64,000 nucleotides of DNA from Octopus vulgaris (GCA_951406725.2 OX597824.1:98580001-98644000); one strand, 5' to 3'. Numbered from the stretch's first letter, positions 13,366-27,585 are shown. Notes: generated by a model from the sequence alone, not told the origin. Translations and numbers: made by a program.

Positions 13366-15092
13366 CATCAACGTCTTCAACCTATCCATCCATGACCTTC
13401 CTTCACAATAAAACATACAACTTTCTGCTCGCCATACATATTACCGACACAAATACTGCAATCCTATCCTCAGTACTTCGAAACTTAATTCTACAACAAC
13501 AGACCTCGAGGAAACCCAACCAAATACACATTCTCTTCCCACGAACAACGTGAGATAACATGAACCCTAACCAAACACTACATGTAGGGGTAGGCAAAAG
13601 CACTGGGAGGTACGTACAGCACCTGGATAACGTTCAGATCCCGTAAAAGTCAATAAAGAAGACACTCAGCTTGGTGTTAGATTCAAACTCAAAACGTCGG
13701 AAGTCAAATCGGAACCGTGCCTCCACACTACATTTCCTCAGTGTTTATCTCTTTCGACAGCCATCTGTTCCGCTTCTTCTAAGATGGTGTTGCAGTTCGG
13801 AAGAGTCAGCTTTCTCATTATCAAACCCATGCGTCAAATATTCATTTCTTCGTCATTTAAATATTTCTGTGCAAGAATTAGAGTTCTTATTCATCCTATA
13901 CTGACCTCTGGCCTCTGACCTCTTTACTTCCCTCTGACACACCAGTCAATAGAAGCTACTTCCGTATATTTTATTATTTTATCTTCGAAGAAATGCACCA
14001 AGAAGATTTCTGTTACATATTTGGGTCCGTGCCCCCAACGACAAAGTACATCCCCCATAATCAAGGCTTTTCTCTATTAAACCCATGGTCAAAGTATTTC
14101 TTCAAGGGGCCTTAGTTAAGGCATTTCCTCGCAGGGCCCATATTAGAAGTGTCTCCCCAGTGAGCCTATATCAATTTATAATCATATTTCCGTAATCAAA
14201 ATATTTCCTCGGGGACTTTACGATGTTTACTTTCATTTTCCTACATCTTTAAATTCAGGTTTCCCCGGCGTGATAACGATTCCGCCAGCGCGCCGCCCTT
14301 CCCTTTATTAATGTTAATATTATGAATATAACAAGATTAAAAACATGGGCGCTTTACACGAATTTAGGAGGGACAGTGGTAAAAACTATGTCACACTTTG
14401 ACTTGCAGATATTTTATCGAACCCCACGACGATGGATAGTAAAACTGACTTGGTTGAGATTTGAAACACAAAACGACTTGTTGATTAAGCACCCTCTTCA
14501 TACAGCATATTTTTATACGCGGCTCCCACCGAGTCTCGCAAGCCATTACCGTTAATCTGGATATGGTAATGGCTGATATCGAAATAAAGAGTTGCGTGGT
14601 GGCGTGGGAAATACTACGACAAGCATACAGCTTGCTGCATCATATTGCTAAAATGTCGAGAAAGTTTCTAAATATATCTCCACACTAATTTCAGTCGATT
14701 CCCTCCAATCCTTATGTAATATTTCGCTATGGCTACGAGGTTTCTTTAACTGTTCAAGGAACCAATCAGACGCGTTCATATCGCGAAATATAAAAATATC
14801 TTTGTGGAGAGGGGTTTGACGATCCATCTCTCATATACGTGCGTGTGTGTGTGAGAATACATAGATGTGCGTGAGTGTGTGTGTGTGTGTGTGTGTGTGT
14901 ATGGGGATTTGACAATCCATCTATAATTTATGCGCGCGTGTGTGAGTGTACTTGTGTGTGCAAACAGATATTTGTAATTATGTGTTGATATGCGTGTGTC
15001 TGGATGCATTTTTGTTTACGCTTGTGTCTGTAAGTACGCTGGGAATGGATCGGGCATGAAATGCATGAATATGCATACATGTGTGTGTTTAT

Positions 15093-15151
<59 letters not shown>

Positions 15152-15164
15152 TATATAGATATAG

Positions 15165-15209
<45 letters not shown>

Positions 15210-15396
15210 TGTGTGTTAGTGTGTATATGCATGTGTGTGTGTATTTGTATGCGTGTGTAAGTCCATATGGGCGCATACAGATACAGCTTTAACAACACTC
15301 ACACATATAATACATATGTGTGTGTGTATATAAATATTTATGTATACAGATATGTCCGTACATACATATACACACATTCACACAAATTTTCAAACG

Positions 15397-15438
<42 letters not shown>

Positions 15439-15959
15439 TACACACACACACAAATATATAAACAAACTTCGCCTGAATTGACAAATGGTACAACCAAATA
15501 ACACGCACAAACACAAAACTACACCCACACACATAGATATATACACCTACACACACGCGCGCGCGTAAACACACACACACACACTCTGGCACACTGACAC
15601 ACGCACGTAAACATACACCTATAGAATACTACAGGCACACACACAAACACACACACGCGCACAGGTAGCAGGAGAGAGAGAGAAGGACACAGGTGTAGAA
15701 AGCGAGCAGAACAAACTAAATGACAATAGGTGAGAGAAAGGAGAGGAAGGAGAGGAAGGAGATGGAGTGAGAGGCTTCCAGTTTAGTTGGTATGAAATAT
15801 CTGTGAGACATCAAACCTAATATTAAATATCTGCAGTCTACAACAAGGGAAACAACAGCAACAACATCAACAACAACAACAGCAAGCGAATAGGTATAGC
15901 CATTTACATTTATATATACATGTGAAGACAGAGATGTGTGTAGAACTATCTATAACTGT

Positions 15960-15980
15960 ATATATATTTATATTACATAA

Positions 15981-16011
<31 letters not shown>

Positions 16012-16389
16012 ATTATATATATATATAATTACTCATATATATATAAATATTTATATATATATAAGTAATTATATATATATATATATATATATAATTATAT
16101 ATATATATAAGTAAATATATATATATATATATAAATATTTATATATATATAAATATTTATATATATATAAGTAATTATATATATATATAATTATATATAT
16201 ATATAAGTAAATATATATATATATATATAATTACTTATATATATATAAATATATGGCTCTTTTAAATAGTTTCTTATTAATTCTTTTATTTCCCTTCTTT
16301 TGCTCCACTTCTTGTTTTTCTTCTACCTCTTCTTTTTCCTCTTTTTCTTCTCTTTCTTCTTCTTCTTCGCCTTCTCCTTCTTTCCTGTC

Positions 16390-16420
<31 letters not shown>

Positions 16421-16618
16421 TCCTTCTTCCCCTTCTTCTTCTTCTTCTTCTTCTTTTTCTTCTCCTTCTCCTTCTCCTTCATCTTCTTCTTCGTATTATT
16501 ATTATTATTATTATTATCGTTTCTGTAAGTAAATGCTCTTATTGATTTTATCATTAATAACCGTCATACACACATACGCATATAAGCATGTATGTGTGCA
16601 TATATCTATGTATTTATA

Positions 16619-16660
<42 letters not shown>

Positions 16661-16761
16661 TACACAAATATATATACACACACACAAATATATATATATA
16701 TATATATATATACACTTACATATGTATATATACACATATTTATGTTGATGTATATATAAAC

Positions 16762-16827
<66 letters not shown>

Positions 16828-16924
16828 ACATATATACAAATATATGGATGGATGTACATACATACATATATATGTGTGTGTGTGGATATATATATATATA
16901 TATATAGATAGATAGTTAGATAGT

Positions 16925-16960
<36 letters not shown>

Positions 16961-17032
16961 AAAATGATTATATTTATTCATTTATTACATATATTTATAT
17001 TCATATTAATACGTGCATGTAGCTATATATAT

Positions 17033-17079
<47 letters not shown>

Positions 17080-17377
17080 TGTACGTGTGTATGCATGTGT
17101 ATATATATGTGTGTTGATGCATACACATGCACACATGAACATACGCACACACACACATATATATGTATATATATATATGCATATATATGTATATATATAT
17201 GCATATATGTGTATATATATATATGTCAATGTTCAAGCTCCGTAGAATCTCCTGATGTTTTTGTATTTCTGTGTCCCTAAATTGCAGTCTCTACTTGACT
17301 TCTTTTACATCCAACTCATTGGTATAGTTCTTCGTATATAGATTTGTATATAGATTTATTATTCAAATTTTTTCATA

Positions 17378-17422
<45 letters not shown>

Positions 17423-17484
17423 GAAATCATACTTGCACACACACACACGCCTACGCACTCGCACAATCACTCACACAAACACAT

Positions 17485-17575
<91 letters not shown>
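15960..17575. repeat. (TA)n-rich tract with (CTT)n at 16320-16492 and palindromic AT units
   Basis: Direct reading of the sequence. Confidence 0.9.
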
Positions 17576-17578
<3 letters not shown>

Positions 17579-18129
17579 CTTGTATGTATACACCTTATAT
17601 ATCTCTCCTCTCTGTCAACTCCCCCCCCCCCTGCAATCTACAATTGTTATACATTCTGCCAATATATGAAATCAAGGAATTTTATAAATTGGTGAAGCAC
17701 CAGACTACATTTATTACTATATTAAACTTTGTTACTATCCTTTGTATTTGCAACATTCAGAGTTTAAACGGTACCGACTGCTGGTATTATTTTATCCCAC
17801 CGTGGGGCTAAATTATTTACTAGTATGACACTTTATTCAATGTCATGTCTCACTTCAAAAACATGTTCTTCCTAGTCCTTCCTACGAGTTTGGGATGTTG
17901 GGCAAGTATCTTTTAGTCTGCTACCCAGTATCAAATTTGTGGAATTTGGAAGACAGAACCTGTGTGGAAATTTGCTATGTATATATATATATATGTGTGT
18001 ATGTCTGTGTGTGTTTGTGTGTGTAAGCATGTATGCGTGTGTGTTTGAGTTTGTCTTTCACTACTTGACAAATATTGTTGGTTTGTTTACATCCCCTACT
18101 CTACTAATATCATAATTTATATTTTGAGT

Positions 18130-19450
18130 TGCAACTGTACTCACCATGGTCACTATACCCTCTTAAGTTCTAAACCCTAGAAAAGTACCTCACCTCCTTG
18201 TGTAATGTAATCAGCCCAACTCCCACCAAGCAGGTTTCACCGTTAATATGTTAAGACCCGTCACTAGCAACATACGCACTCATTCTGTAACCCCAGTTGC
18301 ACAATGGCAAAATGGAAATATGTCTGGGAGTTCAAAAATGCTAATATCGACTATAAGTAATGCCTTACCCCATTCACAAATTACAGGAGTTACTTAAATA
18401 ATTTGCATACTTTTCTTCCTCTGAAGTTATGCTAATGTTGGGAGCATTTTCTTTTGTATATTCATTGCATTTCGACCCTTAACCTACAGGCTTCGACGGG
18501 TGGTGGGCAACAAAGACCGAGTTAGCCTTCGCCTATAGAAGGATTCCATCTACGTTTTCTTGTTGAACTACAACCACCTTAAACTGATCTCACCCAAGTA
18601 GTTTTCTTCATTTTGTTTGGGTTCCAATTCAAACTTCTGCAAGAAACTTGCCGAGAAACCATGGCGGCCGACTTCAGTGACAGACGAGGTTGTTTGCCTT
18701 TGACGACAGCCTGGTATTTGGCTTTCTTCTGTTGGGGGAAATGTTAAGTCTGTCCAATCAAGGTACTGTGAATTCAACCACAATGATTGTTTTTATGCTC
18801 ATGAATAGCAGAAACATGTCTAATCAAAGTGATGCTACTACCATCCCATCCATAAAGACATACTTATATCCCCCCGATCTGCTTGCTTTTTTTCGTTCTG
18901 AAGTTTCTTTCCAAATAGAAAATGAATCCTCTGATGTTGCTTTTGTCTTAGGAACCTAATCACCTTTCGTTAAGAACCGGATCCGTTTGGATTGTGCTAT
19001 CCGCTGCTCTTAACATTCGGTCGATCTGTTCACTTGGCAGTTTCTGTAAAGCACTTGGCGTGATTCCATTTGTACCGGGTTTCTCTCAGTTTCCTAACGC
19101 GACCAGTCAAAACGTGGTTCAGAACACAAAGAATTGTTCCATATTACTTGCAGGACGATCTCCTTCTCAGCCCCGAAAAATGCAATCTGATCAAACCCTT
19201 TTCTTGTATAAATTTGCACCACCGAGGCCTATCACATTTATGTCTATGGATTCCCTATTAAATAACCCTTCCAAAAGGGTCGCTCCATGCTTGACGAACG
19301 AGACCTACTCCATCATACCATTATTTCCAAATCTTGCTCCACCATCACCACATTCCATTATTTTCCCGGCAATTAAGGTTGAAAATTAGGTTTGGGTCAT
19401 TCCTCGACCACAACGCTTTTGCAATCCTTCAGATTTTCTCCTCCTCCACC
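18130..19450 (-). mobile_element. Very decayed LINE RT remnant
   Basis: Weak motifs EKPGTNGITPSALQKLP (KAPGxDGI-like), KATSEDSFSIW and ENYLG, with many stops. Confidence 0.3.
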
Positions 19451-20231
19451 TCCTCTTCCTACACGCGGCCACATACAATGATCGAGTTACACACACACAC
19501 ACACACATCTAAACAAGACTCTGGCCTATATGCTTCCATATAACAACACCCACATATAGCATCGGTCCCACCCACAAACTGTAAGATTCCCTCCTCCTGG
19601 TAAAGACGGTAGTGGAGGAGATGAGGGAGGAGGTGGTTGTGGTGGTGGTGGTGCTGGTGGCGGTACCTAGAAGTGAAGCAGTCCAGTTTTCAACAAAATA
19701 CCGTTTTCTCTTTAATGTTATCGCCGTTGTGAGTTCGAATTCTATGACAGTCGGTCATAAATAATCAACAGACCACGGTTCCAGTCAAATATCCTCCCCA
19801 TCGCTTGAGAATCCGATGAACGAATATCTTGGCGGCCGTTCGACTAGCTAGAAAAAGTAGTCATCTTCCCCTCAAATGACATGCAAATTCACTTAAAGCA
19901 ATGTATGATTGTCATGGCTGGCGGGCTTTTCATCATAGATCTGCTGGGTCAGGGATGACCTGGGGCTAACAACAACACTTATTTCCCCCTCTCTCACTCT
20001 CAATCTCTCTCTACATATATGTCAAATATAAAAGATATAATTTATGGCAAATACAGAATGTGAGATTTAATATTTCCTCAAATCACCATTTTAGTACCAG
20101 CAAAAAAAAAGGAAGATATGTATTTGAATTTTTCTTGGTTATATATCACTTTTAAACACAGACATATTTATTCTGATGTTTAATCTTATATCTCACATTC
20201 TGTATTTGATATATACTTGATTTTACATGAT

Positions 20232-20281
<50 letters not shown>

Positions 20282-20938
20282 TAATTCATATTTATAATGT
20301 ATGATTTATAAATTTTAATTCTTACTATTAGAAAGTATAATTTTTATTCTTAATTTTTAATTCGTAATCTTTTATCTTTATTGCTTATTTTTAAAGGGAT
20401 GTAAAATTAGATATATGATATTTTGTAATAAAACCTGAAGATGTGGTGGAATAATTGTAAATTTGATGATTGCATATATGTATTTATATATGTATATATA
20501 TAAGTATACAGTTGTGTATATGTATATATATTGTAATTTTCCAATACTGAAACACGTGTAGTTCCTTCATATTTAATAAATATAAGCATTAACTAAAGCA
20601 TGATATAATTAATGAAGTACATTATATACCCTGCTGGTAATTCTGGTTATATCCTTTAAGTATTATTTCTTGACGTACAAACTGATAGCGTGAGTTTACT
20701 GTCAGATACTCATTGGGTTATTTTTGTATTATCTGAAATAGAAAACCCGCATATCGATAAATCCCCCAAAACTTAACATTTACTTTTATCAAATGCTTTG
20801 TATATTTATAGATAAATATATAAACACACGATAAATAAGGCCCCAAAGTACGATATGTAGATGCATATAACGCTGAAGGGTTGCACCTGATTGATTTGGA
20901 AAATTGTTTTCCCAAATTATTTATATATATGTATATAT

Positions 20939-21063
<125 letters not shown>

Positions 21064-21334
21064 CATATTGATAAAAACGGTAAGTCAACAAAAGAAAGAA
21101 AGAAACCTCGATATTATGTAAGTAAATAGAGGAATTTATCTGTACTGTAATATGTTACAATTACAATCTCTTTTGCTTCGAACGGTAATCCAAGAAACTA
21201 TATTATGTAAATAGAGAATTTATCTGTAACTGTAATATGTTACAATTATTCGAATAGCTCTTTTGTCTTCGTATCGGTCAATCACACAGTAATTCCCCTT
21301 TGTTTAACGGTCATTTTCCATAGAATTTTTCCGA

Positions 21335-21408
21335 TGGCCGGATAACTGAAGAGATGGCGGCGTGGATTTCCACCTCGGCATCCGAAATTCGGAGTTTTAT
21401 CATGGCTA
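21335..21408 (+). ncRNA. Type I hammerhead ribozyme-like motif
   Basis: Stem I GATAA(21341-45)/TTATC(21397-401), extending outward. Core CTGAAGA 21346-52. Long stem II 21353-21383 with ATTT loop. GAAA 21384-87, short stem III, triplet GUU (21394-96). Confidence 0.7.
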
Positions 21409-21480
21409 CCCAATAATTGTCACATATTACATTTACAGATATATATATAATGGAATAGTTAGTATGAAGCATTGTGTGGA

Positions 21481-21716
21481 ATATATTATATACAATTCGT
21501 AGGTAACGCCGGAACAATGCGACATAAATCCAAAGTTTGTGGGGAGTAGACATACTCACACACATGTACCTCTGCAGCATTCGCTAATTCCTAAAAAGGG
21601 GGTCATAACCCCCGAAATTTTGAATGCAGGGTAAGTCACCATTAATTTCATATGCCTGTTTTCTTGTGATTTACCTTGGATTTATGTCGCATTGTTCCGG
21701 CCTTACCTACGAATTG

Positions 21717-21728
<12 letters not shown>
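21481..21728. repeat. 53-bp inverted repeat (21481-21533 / 21676-21728)
   Basis: ATATATTATATACAATTCGTAGGTAA[C/G]GCCGGAACAATGCGACATAAATCCAA; 52/53 match to the reverse complement. Confidence 0.9.
21586..21626 (+). ncRNA. Decayed minimal hammerhead-like motif
   Basis: ATTC-CTAAAAA-GGGGGT(CATA)ACCCCC-GAAA-TTTT-GAAT. Stem II is perfect and stem I is ATTC/GAAT. The core differs from CTGAAGA by two G>A changes. Confidence 0.45.
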
Positions 21729-21765
<37 letters not shown>

Positions 21766-22498
21766 TGTGTGTACACACATGGGCACATGGTGTACGATCT
21801 AACAACTAGATGGTTGCTTGATCTACTTGTAGTAGCAGCTAAGAGTTCCTCAAATTGCAGTCTATCACCTTAAATGAGGGCAGTGGACAACGCTGTCCTC
21901 GATACACATGGCCTGAAAGAGAAAGATGAGTTGATCACTGGTCACAGCTGGAGCATTTTGATTATAGGTTATCTGGTGCGTCAGTCAAGGCCAGAGACAA
22001 ATAAAAGTTAAAATTATTATTGTTAGAATTTGAAGGTTAATCGATTAAATCAATCGAAGTATTAAACTGGTATTTTATTTTATCGATCCTGAAAAAAAAT
22101 GATGTGAAAATTGACATGTCCTGATTTGAACGCAGATCATAGAACTTTGAAATTTACTACTACAAGATATTTTGTCCAATATCCTAACGGTTCAGCCACC
22201 TCACCCCACCACCAGACCTTATCAAACTCTAAAGAATCAAAAGACAATTATTTCAATTTAGATTTTGTCTTTCATATTTGCCGGTTGTATTTTAAATATA
22301 CTTTCAAATGTACTGAATTAAATGTTAATAACTTAATTACCGAACTACTAATTACTTAACATTAAATTTAATAATCATTTTTTTAATTGATTAAATTTTG
22401 CGTTGATCTCTCGTCTTTTTCTTCTTTTCATTTCATTTCTTTTTTCAATTATTTAAAATCTCCATCATTTTTGGTTTTCCTTGAACCACAGACACACG

Positions 22499-22578
<80 letters not shown>

Positions 22579-23164
22579 CACACACGCACACACACACATC
22601 TCTAAAAATAGCAGCCGATATAAATGCTGGCTGGTTGGCTGGATCGTTCGTACATTGGTCGACTTATCTCGTCATGTTTTACATCACAGAGAGTAAGAGA
22701 GGGGCAGAGAGAGGGTGAGAGCGAGTAAAAGAGACACACACACATACACACACGAACACACACACAGACAGACAGTTGCCAACAGACGTACAAAATGAGT
22801 GTTTCATAACTTTCTGAAAATATATACATTTCTTCTTTTTTTTTATATATATAAATGAAAAATGTGTCGTAAATAAAGGAACGCCATAACGTGGACTGAT
22901 TGAGTGTAGAACAACCGGACGGGAGACAAACACAGAAGTTCCTAATTCTTCATCAGTTATCAACCAATTGGTAATACTTAGTTTCGCACCATTAATAAGA
23001 CTGGGGACTTCTCATATTGGTGGCGCCCGCAAAAATTCAGGGCCGAGAGCAAGTGAAATAATGGAAAACAACATAGAGTGTGATTTAGGACGGTGGGCAA
23101 GGACGAACAGGCGAGAAAACTACGGCCTTGGGGCCAAGAAGACAAGAGTAGTGGGTAACGCTTA

Positions 23165-23203
<39 letters not shown>

Positions 23204-23204
23204 C

Positions 23205-23515
23205 TTTCACTTGTTTCTGTCATTCGACTGTGGCTGTGTATGGGCACCATCTTGGAGTGCTTCAGTCTAACAAATCAAGCCCAGGTCTTATTTTTTAAGC
23301 CTAGTTTCATCAAAAGAGATTCTATCAGTCTCTTTTACCGAACCGCTTATTACGGAGACGTAAACACACCAACACTAGTGGGCTTCTTTTCAGTTTCCGT
23401 TTACCATCTCTACTTATAAGGTTTTGGTCGGCCTGAGGCTATAGTAGAAGATACTTTCCTCATAGTGGAACTGAACCTGGAACGATGTAGTCGGGAAGCG
23501 AGCTTCTTACCACAC
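23205..23515 (-). mobile_element. tRNA-derived SINE
   Basis: Reverse complement of the 9488-9870 family (GGGCTTCTTTTCAGTTTCCGT...GAGGCTATAGTAGAAGA...CTTACCACAC). Confidence 0.75.
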
Positions 23516-24085
23516 AATATATATATTTATAAAGAGAGAGGTTTATCATTTTAACTGGTCTATATAGATTAATTTCCACACTTTGAGACTTTTTTGATAA
23601 TCTCTAACGCACGAAACTCTCGCCCGCTGAGTCACTCTGTCCCGTCTCCGATCAATAATAAAAAAAAGTATCTCTACTCAGGTTTCAGTTCTATTTTTTT
23701 TTGTATCACCATGTGTGTGGGGAGGTGTATGAGTGTGCACAGATAGAAAGAGTGAGAGCGAGAGGGGCAGTGCTGAAACACTCATTGTAGTTAACCTGAT
23801 GCTCGAGTTTCGTGAGTAACAGTTCTCGAAGTTACTTCTGAAATGTTGTATTTTATCTTAGTCAGAGTGGCATCCCTGAAATTTGGTAAAGTAGACTCTT
23901 CCAGACAAAAGAAATAGACTTGCCCACTTGCCACAAATGACGAATGCACGGAGACATCTTGCAACAAGAAATCTTTCTATTTATTGTTTCTATTTTGTTT
24001 TCCCATTTAACCTGTTCTTCAGAACATTGTAAGTCTGTGCATGTGTATACCTGCATGTGCATCCTTATATGTGCACATATGTATA

Positions 24086-24147
<62 letters not shown>

Positions 24148-24151
<4 letters not shown>

Positions 24152-24301
24152 ATCCAAACAAGAAAGCACAAAAAAACACAACGTGAGGGCGTGGAACAGA
24201 TATAGTATTATTGGACGCTCAGGAAAGAAGGAGGTTTAACGTTTTGAGTCAGTAATTGTTAGCTCTTCGTCGGACAGGAATAAAAATAACAAAAATACAG
24301 A

Positions 24302-24349
<48 letters not shown>

Positions 24350-24545
24350 ATCCAAACAAGAAAGCACAAAAAACACAACGTGAGGGCGTGGAACAGATAT
24401 AGTATTATTGGATGCTCAGGAAAGAAGGAGGGTTTAACGTTTTGAGCGAAGCTCTTCGTCGGAAACATGGGAGAAGGAAAGATCCAGAGAAGGGAAGACA
24501 GAGGGAAAAAAATCGCCAACGGTACACACGCGGTCACATTTATCC
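24148..24545 (-). mobile_element. Tandem-duplicated Penelope-like terminal repeat, each unit with a minimal hammerhead-like motif and (TA)n tail
   Basis: ~100-bp direct repeats at 24148-24248 and 24346-24446. Minus strand reads GTTT-CCGACGA-A-GAGC(TTC)GCTC-AAAA-CG-TT-AAAC. Tail organisation resembles 1-125. Confidence 0.6.
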
Positions 24546-24871
24546 ACATACCTACATACATGTGTGTCAGAGAGAGTGTATATATTTGTGTGTGTCCGTC
24601 GGTCTGTCTATATGTGTGTGTTTATGTTCACCTGTCGAAATCAATGCTGCTCATCGTCTTCTTCTTCTTCTTCTTCTTCTTCTTCTTCTTCTTCTTCTTC
24701 TTCTTCTTCTTCTTCTTCGCCATTCTTTGTGAGCGACCAGAGAATGGCGATTAATAATGCTTAACATCCACCGTAGGTCGGAACGATGGAAAAATCAAAG
24801 AACATGGTGGCGTTTCATACCTGCTGATGACTAAGATCCACGATCCATAAAGCAGAAGGTGATACCAAACA

Positions 24872-24906
<35 letters not shown>

Positions 24907-25039
24907 GTAGCGCCTGGGTGGGGATACATTTTCCAGGGTCTTTATCTTTCGTGTGGAGTAGATAGATGCGGAAACGATGGTGACCCACGATGCCTTCGAG
25001 CTCCTCCCATCTGTAGCCTTAGTCTGTGCAAGCCATATT

Positions 25040-25900
25040 GCAATTTTATGCTACAGAACAGCCATTTTCATTTGTCCCTGATGTGTTTGCTTAGTTTGAT
25101 GTACTCAAATGTACTTTTCACCGTTTTGGCCAACTAACAGTCACTATTGAAGAAGTCGGAATATTTCCCCCCTCTCCCCACCCATAGCCATAATTTCTCT
25201 TTTGTTTGACGTATTCGTGACAAACTGTACCTCTAGAAAACCACCTCACATTAGTGTGGTGCAAGAAGAATTGGAAGTTAGTAACCATAGACTCGCAGCT
25301 GTGTAAAGCTGGCCTTTGCAAGGAATTGTCTTTGACTCTGTTAATCATGTGAATAACATCATTAACAATAACTTGTAAATCACTGTTTATGGTTTTAGTC
25401 ACAAGAATTTCGCAGGGAATATAACAGTGACTTGTAACTATACTTAAGCCTATGTCCCTCACCAACGTTACAAAACACTGAGCTCACCAGACATACTACT
25501 TGAAGCACGATCTGTGTATTTACCAAGAAATATCTGGAGAATGTCTACAATTTTAAAAAGCATTTTGCTTTAAATTCTTTAAGGAGTAGAGATTGTTTGT
25601 AAAATTATCTTAAATAAATATAACAAACGCCATTACGTAACAGTTCTCGGGTATGTCCGTCATTTCATCAACTTCTCGTAAAATTCTCTTCTCTAGATTC
25701 TGACATACCCATACCTTCCATATTTTACCATTTGAGAATTAATATATTTTCAGTTTCATGTGCCGCCTCATTCCCGAACATATCTGATCAGTATACAATC
25801 TTTACAAACATTTCCTGTCTCTTCATAAACAGATTTCATCAGCTTTTCTCCTACTTTTTATAAACGTAGTAACACATGCAGTTACCAGGACTGAAAGCAG
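25040..25900 (-). pseudogene. Decayed hAT (Buster/Charlie-type) transposase
   Basis: ORF 25118..25465 SHCYIPCEILVTK...VNDVIHMINRVK...HHTNVRWFSRG matches the hAT-Buster CxxH and 'HTEVRWLSRG' motifs. Confidence 0.7.
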
Positions 25901-26906
25901 ACGTTTATATGTTTAGATCCATGAGAAATCTCTGAGAGGAATAATTAATGTCTCCCGGTAAATGAGAGTGGTTGATTGTAAAATGGCGCCGCTGTGAATG
26001 ACGCGGTACAGTTATGTCAGTGGTCAATCTGTCCTCACACACGAGACACTCACAGACTGAAATTCGATGTCCACATAGAGGGAAACAGAATGATAGACAG
26101 GACAGACGACATTTTCGGTCTATTTCGGAATCTGAGGTTGCGTCGTCGCAATCATCGACGAAGTCAAGATTGGATTTTTTTATGGATGTCTACAGGGTCT
26201 CTTCTGCCACACTTTCACTGTCCGCTCTGTAAACCACTTGAGAAATATTGCTATTTCTTTACAACAGCTCTATCAGTTTTCGCTGGGAATTAGTCTCGCA
26301 CGCAATCAACGAATACTCCGATAAAATATTAATTAAAATGACTGCAAACTAAGTTACACAGAAATTTAGTTCAAGGGAGCTAACTTTTACTCTGAATTCT
26401 TTAAGAGATTAAAAAGATTTATGATTTAATCGTTTCTTCTCTTTACTGGTCATTATGTCCTGGTTTCCTTTCTACTGAAGATGGGGGGAAATGTTCGTGG
26501 AAGCCCAGGATTCTGTGGTGAAACAGACTTCTTGGCTAAACAATCGTCATAATAATGTTTATATATCTAATAAATTTCAAGTTGAATGCTTTGTTGCATA
26601 TAGTCTTCCTTTTGTAACATGAACTAAGTATCCGTCACAGAATCGATCTAATCAATTGTAGGTTGGCACAAAATGCATAGACTGGTGACTAGGTTAAGTA
26701 TCATTAGTTTTAAAGAACTTTTGAAAGTTCTTGGTCTGCTGCTTGGACAGCAGAATATTACCATTTTGAGAAAAATTCTACAGGCCCTTAGCGTCAACAG
26801 TCTGTTCATAGAAGCGTGCAGAGGAAGACAACTTTTCAGCAAACACTCGTTCGGCATCGTAACATTGCTGATTTGTGAAGATTCATCAGACAGCTTTTTA
26901 TCGTGT

Positions 26907-27190
26907 GTGAAGGCGCGTCGCATAGTGACGAGAGTGATCGATTCACCTCGAAAGGCTGTGAGTTCGATTCTCGGTGGCCCCATGTGTCATTGAGCGACAC
27001 GTTTTATTTCATATTGCTCCAGTGCATTCAGCTGACGAAAATGAGTTGTACCTGTAATTACAAAAGGGCTCAACGTGTTACATTCTGTGTCAGCCTCAGA
27101 ACCATGCACGTGATTTTCATGAGCAGGCTGCTCTGCTGATTGGATCGAATGGAACACTTGTCGGTTATTGGATGGAGATCCAGCTCATCG
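26907..27190 (+). mobile_element. tRNA-derived (CORE-like) SINE
   Basis: GTGAAGGCGCG...GAGTTCGATTC (B-box)...TTTCATATTGCTCCAGTGCATTCAGCTG. Confidence 0.65.
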
Positions 27191-27356
27191 TGTGTAGGAG
27201 AGGTCATCTAGCGGTCAGCTGAGTTTATTAGAAGCATAAACCAGTTACCAACTTTTATCAAAGAAAGGCGGGTCGTCTTCTTCTTTCAGGTGGGCAACAA
27301 ACTCTCTCCAATATTGGGGGGGGACAAACACAGACACACAAACGTATACACACACA

Positions 27357-27424
<68 letters not shown>

Positions 27425-27426
<2 letters not shown>

Positions 27427-27585
27427 CGACGGGCTTCTTTCAGTTTCCGTCTACCAAATCCACTCACAAGGTTTGGTCGGCCCGAGGCTATAGTAGAAGA
27501 CACTTGCACAAGGTGCCACGCAGTGGGACTGAACCCGGAACCATGTGGTTCGTAAGCAAACTACTTACCGCACAGCCACTCCTAC
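27425..27585 (-). mobile_element. tRNA-derived SINE (5' half)
   Basis: CGACGGGCTTCTTTCAGTTTCCGTCTACCAAATCCACTCACAAGG...GGGACTGAACCC...CACAGCCACTCCT; same family as 9488. Confidence 0.85.
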
